DNA of 64,000 bases, taken from the NCBI GenBank assembly GCA_000165425.1, contig CT868672.1, positions 116,048-180,047 on the forward strand, read 5' to 3'. Under the pieces are notes generated by a model that saw nothing but the letters and a program-made list of their open reading frames with translations, was not told the DNA's origin and searched no databases. A program made the position numbers and the translations under genes. Position 1 is the stretch's first letter. Every line of letters starts with the position of its first letter. This document shows positions 54,239 to 64,000 of this stretch, one piece after another. This DNA is from Paramecium tetraurelia. Lineage: Eukaryota.

Positions 54239-54304
54239 TTATATAATGTGTTGTATTGAAACTTTAATTTAATAAATATTCCAATTATATACATATTGTT
54301 ATCA

Positions 54305-56863
54305 TCAATTCTAATCCTTTTTGATCGCGTTGCATCTGCTGATAGTAGTTAATTTACTTATCCACATTGTAATGCGGAAAATAATCATCATATGAGTTGA
54401 TCCTCTCAAACTACTCCAAAACATTATTCTCAATAGATATTCCTCTATTATAATTATCTAATTATTCTATTTGATTAGCAACCATAGTTTGATTCTTTCG
54501 TTAATCCCTATTTTTAAACTCAGATGGAACATCAGTTTAAAATCGTTGCAACTACTAAAAGTCATCCCTCTTTAACCCATTTTGATTGAGTCTTTTCTTA
54601 GTATGCAACACACTGTCTTGCACTCTTTATAAGGGATGATTATTAAATGAGGACCCTTGTTGCTCTTCTGTGTGATCAAGTCTTTAAAATTTGGATTGAC
54701 CAGCATCTTTAACTTCATTAACAAAGATCTTTCTACTGCTGATACTACTACTCACTCCCTGTGAAGATGAAAAATAATCTGACTCCATTTTCTTCGATTA
54801 TAAGGTTTGCCCACTATGTGAATAATTGATGTATGGAACTGAGCTTAGTTCCAATTGATTAATGACATTGTTGTTGTTTTAGCTTTGTAAAGAGTTGGAG
54901 GAGGCTAGGATCTTTTAGTAGGATTCCGCTCTCTCATATTCTTTAGAGGCTAGAGATTCAGAGTGGTCCTATACCCGTATTTAGGGTTAAGCAATATACT
55001 TTCTGTGTTTGACACGTGCTTGCTAATTAAATAATTAAAGATAGTTACTCTTCGGAAATCTATAACTCTGTTTTAATCTTTATTTATGATGTAATTCTGA
55101 ATAACTTAGATTTTATTAGGCTTGAAATTAACAACTGGACATTCAGTTATATCATGTTACTTTAAACAACTAAAGCATTAAATGTTTATCAAATGAGATT
55201 GATTTTCAATCAAAAGTGTATCAATAAGCATTCTATATTTTTAGAATTCTCGAGGACATTATCGTATCAGTGATTGAAATTGATTTTAATCTAAAGTAGC
55301 TATTTTAGAATATCCAATGCTTTAGAATTCTATTCCTTATAATTAATTCTTAAAAAAGGCGATATTATTGAAGATCTAAAACGTCTTGGAAATTTTAGTC
55401 AATTTGAATTCTTTATAGGTCGATTAACATTTTTAAACAATTTCAACTTGTCCTTCCAACAGAAAATGAAGACACAGTTTCTAATTAACTATTTTATTCG
55501 GCTCTAAAATGTCTTCCTCTATAATATCGCATATGTCGAGTAAGGTTTAATTAGAGAATGATTAGTGAAATATGGGGATACTTTACAATATCTTGAAGTA
55601 CTTTTCTCGCTTCATCTGCTATTGCAGTTGTGTTGGTAGTGATCTCATATCAAATTTGGCAATTCGATTTTCTTATTGATAATTGATTACAGATTTCAGG
55701 GTTTTGGGAGTATAATTGATATACGAATCCAAAGGTAGGGATTGATGATTTATTATCTACTTGATTTTGTACAGATAGAAAATCAATAGGAGGGTTCTAA
55801 TCAAATAGATGATAAAATAATAACGTTTGATTATGCTGGGATTTAAAAATAGAACTGCAAATATATTTTAAATGTAATTGATGTAATCTTGTTGTTGTTC
55901 TGCTAACATATATATAAGTGTTTAAGCCATCATAGTTACAAAATGAATCTAGATTGTGATTTGAATAACAAAAAGGGGATCATATAAATTTAGATAGCAA
56001 TTCAGATTTTAAGTGAAATCGGTTATTTTGTATATTCTTATTAAGTACAGCAAGTAGAATATTTTCTGGGCTTCTCCTAGGTCCAATAAAAATGCAAAAA
56101 GTGGCAATAGAGTGATCACGTCTGCAAACATACCAGCGATACAAAATTTATTAATTAAAATTTGATAAGCACAATCAAGTAATTAAAAAATAGCCATTAA
56201 ATAATGGAAAATATATTGATTGCAGAGTGTCAATTAATTACATCCCAATTCCATTAATAGTATAGTTAAGTAGAAGACTAAAAAGCATATATAGAAGCCG
56301 TAGATCACTTATTTAGCGATAGAATCTTATTGTATTCTAATGAGAATTTATCGTTTTAAAGGAATGATATATACTGAAGACAAGTCTTGAATGATTTTAA
56401 ATTGCTATTTAGTTAATATTTTATTCGAAAACAAGTTCGATTTTGAGAAGTACAATAATCTTAAGGATGGAGGAGGGGTCCTTGATACATTGAAATTAGA
56501 TTTGCGATACAATTGTTCACAATCATTTGATTTCCTCATCACACTCAATTATTGAGAGTCCTCCTTATTGCTTGGTTCTTCATTAATCAGAAGCATATCT
56601 TTTTGATTATTGAGAGACATCCTATCAGATGCTAACTATACACTGATCTAAGTTAAAGTGGGGGATTTCGGATGGGTAATTTTAAATTAATGGCTTTCAC
56701 TTTATAATTTTCGAGTTTCTTGAGATGGATTGCGCACTCTCATTTATTAAGAGTTAATTTGTGTCATTATTTAAATGATTGGCTTACGAAACGAGTCTTC
56801 GTTTGGAGGAGTGGTTGTTGAATTTTAAATCATTAATTATTTTATTGAATCATATTTATCCAT
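54305..56863 (-). CDS. Cyclic-nucleotide-binding-domain cation-channel-like protein with a degenerate pore
   Basis: TM segments, C-linker LPTQLQQQMKREKYFKILQSIPIF, CNBD LHFLLEGQVEI, ciliate-channel motifs CFSC..HDITECP and FE..SYDDYFPHYNV. No GYG. The 3' end depends on a final intron call. Confidence 0.75.
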
Positions 56864-57426
56864 CTGTTTATTCAAGAAATTCTTGAATTAGTATGAAAAA
56901 TACTTTTTTGAAGAATTAAAACACCACATTCATAATAACTTTCATTAATTAAATGCGTAAATCATATTTTATTTTTCCCTATCAAGCAAGAGTTCAGCAA
57001 ATACATGGTAATATTGTATTATACTTTGATGAAAGGAATTAGTCTTCGTCTGTGAAATATACTTTTTTTAATCTAAATTTATAGTTTTAATCTTACCACA
57101 AATCTTACACCTTTTAGATGAATACCTAAGTAGGAAATTATTCAATAATTTTATTTTACAAATTTTACAAAATGAGCACAAATACATATTATAATAAAGA
57201 ACTGTTTCAAATATTTCTAATTTTGTAAGTATGAACAAAAACTATAATATTTTGTATCATAATTAATATATTTTATAATACGATATGAAGAAGATATTTA
57301 TATGTATTCAATAGGAAAACAATAATTATACATGTATGGGATTCTTGGATCGATATTCTCTAAAGATATATTTGTATATTTGAAGATGTTTTCGAATTAA
57401 TACTTTAATATTATAATACTATATTA

Positions 57427-57693
57427 TCTGGTATTCGACGCCGATGCAGCCATTAAATGAATTACATCGGGCTTTTTTGAATCCAAATTTCTTTAGCACC
57501 TGTGAGAAATTATTTGATTGATCAACAAACTCAAATATCAGCAACAAGTGCAGTAACAATTATACTGTTTATGCGATTCTTTCATCTCAACCAACTATCG
57601 AAGTGTTGGTTAAGACACATAGAATCTTACGGTTTCGGTTTACTTGTGAAGCACGCGAAATGTATTTACAACAAGATCACGTTAGAACACAGA
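57427..57693 (-). ncRNA. Unidentified structured RNA (~267 nt, closed multi-branch fold)
   Basis: At least seven nested or complementary helices including an end-to-end closing stem. GC-richer than its flanks, with no ciliate-type gene model. Strand is inferred from G-U versus A-C pairs in the longest helices. Confidence 0.6.
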
Positions 57694-57753
57694 AAACCTT
57701 AAATTAATTATTTTAATTAATAAAAAAATATCTAATTTATTTGGTTATAAAAT

Positions 57754-57765
57754 GAAAGGGTATCA
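57754..57765 (-). promoter_or_regulatory. Possible USE-like upstream element (TGATACCCTTTC) of the structured RNA
   Basis: ACCC-core motif about 60-70 nt upstream of the element on the minus strand. Ciliate snRNA and telomerase RNA genes carry an ACCC-core USE at a similar distance. Weak match. Confidence 0.3.
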
Positions 57766-57832
57766 AATCTATTAAATAGCAGGATCAACTTAATCATATA
57801 ATCATTGAATTGAATATAAAAATTATTTACTT

Positions 57833-58619
57833 TCAAAAAATCCTTTTTTTAAAAATTTTATTGTATGATTAGCCGAATTTTTGTGGTTGTGGTTTCTCGT
57901 ATCTCCTCTCTTCCAAACTCTCATTCGGATTAGCCCTTTATCCCTCTTGCGACTTCATGATTCTCGACGTAATGCCTCTCCCTGGAGATTTCGATTGCGG
58001 TCTCTAATAACTTTTAGTGGTAGGCCTTTCGATAGAACTATTATGAGTGGCATTGGATGTATTTTAGTAGAAGTTCATTTTGGATTTCCCATACTATTGA
58101 TTGTTTTGACTCATATAATAGGGAGATTTGTAGGAGGATGACCCACGAGTGTATTGTTGAATTTTCGATAGTTATGGTTTTTCAATAAAAGTAGTATTAT
58201 TGATGCCTTTGATACTTGCCTTCCTAGAACTGACTGTTTGCTTTCTGCAAGAGGAAGAATTTGATGGGATTTCTTTATCCTAAGTCAAAAATGTTTGTTT
58301 TCTCAAATGAAGATGACATTAGCAGACGCAACCTGTTGCACAATTTTGTTATATTGCCAAATAATCGCAAATCTCACCCATCACAGCACTAATATAAGGT
58401 TCATTGTATTTTTAGTGTTCCATTTGATTCAATTTCATAAGAGTCTGAAAAATATCACATGAATACCTCTGCCACCACCCTCCTGAACTGCGGCTCATCA
58501 GCCAATTCATTATTATAGAACTTAATTATTCTACGCTATAATATTTTGAGCAAAGTAGTAACGAGTTTGTTATATTAGGCTTCCAACTATCGAGTAGCAA
58601 ATCCTGAATAGACAGACAT
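57833..58619 (-). CDS. Uncharacterised ciliate protein (MSVYSGFATR N-terminus)
   Basis: MSVYSGFATRQLEAQYNKLV..., one tiny intron, ends KKRIF-TGA. Confidence 0.75.
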
Positions 58620-58658
58620 TGAGGATAGAAAATGAAAAAATTACAATATTATTATATT

Positions 58659-60917
58659 TCACTTATATTTTAGAATGTTTCCTTTATTCTTCAGTAAGGA
58701 TTGAATAGTATCGAACTTAAATGGAAAACCTACAATTTATATATTGAGTACATGGTTACTATTATTCTGTATTAGTTCTAAGCCGATTTTAAGGTGTTTT
58801 ATTTTAATGCACCTACTATTGCTTAGGTTTCTAGGAGTTGACATAAGAAGAATCAGGAGATTTGTTGTTTACTCTATAACTAATGGGAGTGTGCGAGTTC
58901 TACTTATCAATTGCCGTCTGTCTCTCAGTCCTACAGACATCGGAAAGCAGGGATTTCAATTAGTTATTGTTATTCGTGGGACTTTGTTATATGGGGTTGG
59001 CTCTGAAATTGGGATTATTCTTATGAGGCTGCAATTAAATAGCCATGGTATTATTGATGAACTCTTGAGTCTAATTGATCTCGCTATTACTAGTATTACA
59101 GGGATTGGACTATTTCTTAAGATACACACTGAAATCAAATTGTCCTTAATTTTATTACTTAAGATTCTTCTATTAATTAGTAGGGGAGTAATCAGATCCT
59201 CTCTTCTGAGTAATCATCTGTTCAATCAAATCAGCTTAATTCTGAATAATGCTTTTAATTTTGGATTGCTATGAAGTTTTGGGAGGAGATCTGGAATTCA
59301 AAAACTTAGTAATGAAGTTATTAGTTAGTTTAGGAGATTGATCCTATTTAACAATGAACTTATCATCATTTAAAATTTGGATTTACAACTTCTGATTCTA
59401 TTTCTAGGGTTCTGGATTCACAATAGTTTATTTCTCAGAAGTACTTGATAATATCGATTCTTCCTTTATGATATCCAAATTTATATTGTAGTGTTTGTGA
59501 TAACTAGTAATCAGATGACTGATGTAGGGAGATTAGGTAGTAATGTGACGACAGGCTATTTCAATAGACTTTAAGTGGTACAATTCACTTAATTTGAATT
59601 CCTCAGTATCAATCTTATCTTCTTTTAAGCCCATTTGCTTAGCTTTGTCCAATTCCACAAATCTTAATTCAGTAGCTATAGTAAAGTAAGAAATAGAGAA
59701 GTAGATTACTTTTTCGAGTATTTATCTTTTGGCTAATTCATAAATCATTTCACCGAACTATGTGAAATCATCATAAAGTTAGGGTGCCATATGCATTATA
59801 GATCCAATGTTAAAATTCTTGATCCACTCAGCCAAATTCTGAATTCCCAATAATGATCGATATTCTTCATTTTGAGATACTAATTTCAATTCTTTTCGTA
59901 AATGTTTTTCATTGTTTTCTGGATTATTCCTCCAATAATATAATTACTTCTTGGCTTCTTTCAATAATTGTTTCTCATTCACTGGAATTTTTTCGAGTTC
60001 AACTTATTTTATCATATCCTTCAATATTTCTTGTGCACCATCAATTACTAATTTACTGAATTCAATTTCATCCTTCATCCTATACTTTTGGCCTCTCTTC
60101 TATTTATCCTATTCCTATTATTGTTACTCTTGCTGATTGCTCCTGACTGAAATATTAGATTAAGAAGTGGTGGCAGTCCCTGAAGATCCATTAGTCTGCA
60201 ACCATTAAACACAGAATTGATTGGCTATCTTAAACAACTCTCTCATAATCGAGGCTGCTTTTTATGAATTGATAAGTGCTTTATTATGCCTATCAATTAT
60301 TCTTTTTCAATTACTTTCCCAATTGGCTTAAAATTGCTGTATATTGTAAATAAGCTTTGGCTAAAAAAGTGTATCTCTTCACTAGTTATGCTTATTTTTC
60401 TTGAGCACTAGCCAAATTCTCTAGATCCTGCTCATCTTCCTTAATTGCTAATTCCATATTATAGATCACTCCATCCAAATATTTAGAACATTTATCCAGA
60501 ACCCATTAACTTAAATAAAAGCATTCTATACCATTAATAAGTGCAAGCTTGATTATATAAAATTATTATAATAAGGTTCCTGTCGATAACCCTGCCACAA
60601 CTTGCAGCAAACTAAGATTATTGAAATCTATCTTACTTCCAACATCTATTCGGATTATTATAATAATTTCAAAGCCTCCTTGTATTTCTGCTATTTGATT
60701 TTTACAGTAGCCTATTCATTCAATAAATTGATCTGTTACATTAAAGAATCTAAAAATTATTGAGTTTTTTTGAAATACCTGAGTTCTTTAATAATTATTT
60801 TAGGTTTAATTGTTGTGTATATTATTCCAAATCTTCGTCCTCTTCCTATTCATATGATTGATCCTCTACTGCTTATTCTGTCATGGAGTTATTTGAAATT
60901 GTTTGTTAATTATTCAT
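58659..60917 (-). CDS. TPR-like helical protein with a low-complexity tail
   Basis: LNEQATVKIKQQKYKEALKLLQQ, LYNQACTYQ, LQYTAILSQLGK|HNKAL and LLSISYFTIATELRF. Several tiny introns. Confidence 0.8.
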
Positions 60918-60982
60918 TTTTATAAAATAATGATGGTTCAAAGTAGGTGATTTATTATTATAAAATAATATAACATTCTTCA

Positions 60983-62784
60983 ATGCAATCTCCTTTTAGA
61001 TTATATTCTGCCCAAAGAACATTTACTTGTAGAAATGTGGAGAACAAAGCCTCTTTTTTCATCTCCAAAAGTATGTCTATTCCTTAGTCTAAGAAACCAA
61101 ATAAACAAAAAAATAACAAGAAATTGATAATCTGAACGAATAATTATTAAAAGTCAAGCAATCCAATAATCAACTCTTCGAAGAAAACAAACAATTGAAG
61201 TAGTAAATACTGCATTTCGAGGTTTTGATGTATTCTTATCTAGAAATAATTGAATAAACAAGAAAAGTTACTCATTTTGAATACACAAGCCAAAGCCGAA
61301 TCCAAACAATCTGAATTAGAATTTTAAGTTAGAATGAAAACAGAAGAAGTATATAATAAGTTCTAATATCGAGACATGTTCCATTATTGCATATCAAAAA
61401 CAAATCAAAGATTACAAGGCTAGGGAATTGTACAACCAACAGTAAATTGAAGAATTAAAAAGAGACACAAGAAGAACAAAGTTACAAGAATGCTAGGTTG
61501 ACTATTATGCATATTCTTTAAGATAGAATGTAAAATTATCAAAGAAGAGCTTGAAAAAATGAAATTTAAATATTAGGCATTAATTCATTAGATGTAATTT
61601 ATATTTATTTATAAATACAATAGCCAATTCAGTCAAAAAGATGAGTTATTGAAAGATAATATTAAAATTAGCTAAGAATTACTTATTTCTTAATAGAAAA
61701 TCTAGGAATTAGAATTACATAACAAAAAAATACAACAAGATTTACATCATTCTGATTTTAAAAGAATGCAAAGTGAAAAATTAGTTTTTGATAAAGAAAA
61801 AGAATTGCAACTAATACAATTTGAATATAGCAATCCAAAAAAAACAATCAATGATTTAAATCGACAATGGTAAATGAGATTAGAAAACCAGAAGTAACTC
61901 TATCAGCAACTGGAAGAAGAAGTAAAACTACGAAATGACAAAATCAACCTCTTAGAAAAAACACTAAAGGAAGACAAAACTGCTTATTAACTTAAAGAGG
62001 CACATTACAAGAGAGAAATTGATAATTTGAATATCTAAATTGGATAATTTAAAGAAACAATCTAACATTTAGAAAATCAGCAAATTGCTGAAAAAAGTTC
62101 AGATGAACAAGAGTCCTTGTCTGAAAAATCAGTAAGGAAAGCATCCCAAAACTATTAAAAACAAAAAACTGTGGTGTTGAACAGAAAAAAGGTTTAAAAG
62201 GTTAGTTTAAAAGAGGTGGAGATCATAGGAAAGGAATTAGCATTGAAACTGTAACTTGCTTAAATCCCATTCTCAAAATTAGACTCATTCCTTTATTCTA
62301 AATCCTCTAGAGGCATAATTAATCTAAGTGAAATTGATGAAATTCTTAAGTAATCTCCGTTTGATTTACCTGATGACCAGGCTTTATTAGTTGCGAGATT
62401 TCTTGCTGAACCTGAACAAGAAGAATGGATCTATTATGATAGTTATTAGACGAATGATGTTGTAATTGTTATTAGCATCTTCCGAAATCTGATCAAGCCT
62501 TTTGAACTGCTTAACCCTCAGTATTATGATACAATACATCAAGAATTAAAATAGATTTTCAAACATAACAAGAACAAGTTAACCGATTATCTAATGTTAA
62601 ACGGTGATAATTGTGATCTAACTTAGTTTAAGAAGGCATTTGAGTATTGTGACATTCCATTAACACAAGAGTAAGTTTTTATTTGATTTTTAGATAAGAA
62701 ACCTATATTTCTATTAGAATGTATGAAAAGTATAGAAGGATTGAGAATTTAAAATACTAAGAAATAATTGATTACTTCAAATGA
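60983..62784 (+). CDS. Coiled-coil protein with a degenerate EF-hand-like C-terminus
   Basis: Open frame from MQSPFRLYSAQR, heptad E/K/Q repeats, C-terminal FKKAFEYCDIPLT..LKYQEIIDYFK-TGA. Confidence 0.75.
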
Positions 62785-62796
62785 TTATAATTAAAT

Positions 62797-63733
62797 TCAA
62801 AATATTTAACAATTTATACATGTTTCTGATGAGCTTTCCTTTCTTTTGCTCTTTATTTCTTCCTATTTAAGTTAGTTGTTATATTTCCCTCTTTTGACTT
62901 CGTAATGATCATCTTCGTCCAGAAAATCTTTAGACACAGATGTTAGATTTTATAAAGATTTAGTTCCTAAAAATGATTAGTCATTTAAATACTATCAACT
63001 GTGAGAATCGAATCATTCTTTGATTTTATTATTTCACAAAGTTTATCTCGAAACTCATCTATTAGATTGATTATTTCGGAATAGTATTAAATTTATCCCT
63101 ATATTTTAAGAAATTAGGAATCATTTATTATGTCTGAGAATGATTAATACAATCTATTGAATCTTTCATTGTTAAATGATTTTAATTATTAAAACTATTA
63201 TTACAGATTTTCCACTTCATTATGATAAATTTAATGTAATCTGAAAATGCAAATGCCATCAAACTCACTCCCATTATATATAACATCTTGTATTTCACTA
63301 AGTTCTGTAATCTAATTAAGTTTAAGGATTATTTTCTTTTGCAAAGAAGCAACACTCCTTCTATAAATATAGTGAAATACCCTTTGCTCTCTTGTTGAAT
63401 AAGCATATGACTCCTTTTTGACACGGACGATCCTACTATGGTTGGTATGTCCAGAGCAATTTTAATATCCTACATCGTACTATTTATTTATTTCAGCTAT
63501 CATTTAAAATAGAGATTACCTCTAAAATTCTATAGCAATAGTTCTTGATAATCTTTTCATCTACGTTGTAAAATTGCAGTTTTATGAGATTAATTGTTTC
63601 CTAAATGTACTCTATGTCAATATATTACATCAATTTAATCCTCCAGATTTGAATAGATTGGCCGAGATTCCTTTTTGAAGGCTTGAACATTATCAAACAA
63701 TAACTCAATGTCTTATTTTATTTTAAGAAGCAT
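62797..63733 (-). CDS. Uncharacterised protein ending in a CaaX-like motif (CQIF)
   Basis: MLLKIKQDIELLFDNVQ..., tiny introns, ends KSKRKESSSETCINCQIF-TGA. Confidence 0.7.
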
Positions 63734-64000
63734 GAGTAATTTAATAAAAATAAATTATCTTTCATTTATAATTGAGCATAACTTTAATAATAATACGAAT
63801 TATTTAACTTATTTCACAATAAAACAATATCTTTCATTAAAATTTTCGTATTATTATGAATAATTGAACTATAACTATATTATTTACAAGTTTAATTGCA
63901 AATAAACTTGCATTTCTCAAATTTTAGTAAACAAATTCATCCATTCAAAACTTACCAACTAGTTTTTATTCATTTTTTAGCATTTTACTTAAGTCTACCC

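Noticed and set aside
57427..57693. Assignment as telomerase RNA, RNase P/MRP, SRP, U3, hammerhead ribozyme or riboswitch
   Set aside because: No CCCCAA template, no GAAAGUC/CR-V P4 pair, no SRP helix-8 motif and no U3 box A. CGAAAC is present but the CUGAnGA core is absent.
57502..57702. 66-aa plus-strand ORF over the structured element
   Set aside because: It starts at GTG, ends at TAA (Gln in this code) and has no recognisable protein features. The base-pairing pattern explains the region better.
58744..59274. 176-aa plus-strand ORF in the track
   Set aside because: Antisense shadow of the low-complexity tail of the minus-strand gene 58659-60917.
1..64000. Apparent mass pseudogenisation (frequent TAA/TAG in genes, fragmented ORF track)
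   Set aside because: TAA/TAG fall at Gln positions in conserved proteins (e.g. EF-1alpha GTSQAD). This is the known ciliate code plus tiny introns.
1..64000. tRNA/rRNA genes, transposons, IESs, telomeric repeats, CRISPR arrays
   Set aside because: No T-loop/cloverleaf, transposase, terminal repeats, G3-4T2-3 arrays or repeat-spacer arrays were seen. Retained IESs cannot be called without germline sequence.

Overview
Very AT-rich, gene-dense eukaryotic DNA. It reads correctly only with the ciliate nuclear code (TAA/TAG = Gln, TGA = stop) and tiny GT..AG introns of about 20-34 nt. This pattern is typical of a Paramecium (aurelia-type) macronuclear chromosome, so the supplied standard-code ORF track shows only fragments and antisense shadows. 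I reconstructed about 35 protein-coding genes by hand. They include glycine cleavage T, mL41, HSF, an A1 aspartic protease, a SCAPER-like protein, an SOS1/SLC9C-like antiporter, YME1/FtsH, a His phosphatase, a divergent EF-1alpha, a divergent TFIIS, CacyBP, PWP1, a CTL transporter, EamA, RSP3, a RING E3 and a p24 protein. Four things stand out. (1) A 267-nt intergenic element at 57427-57693 folds into a closed multi-branch structure and matches no ncRNA class I recognise. (2) One clear and one possible ATGA stop/start overlap between tandem genes. (3) Five intact genes whose catalytic or pore motifs are lost: PP2C, DHHC, TTLL, kinase and a CNBD channel. (4) Divergent TFIIS and EF-1alpha paralogs. 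No tRNA, rRNA, transposon or CRISPR was seen. Gene boundaries come from manual translation and intron calls and may be off by a few bases.
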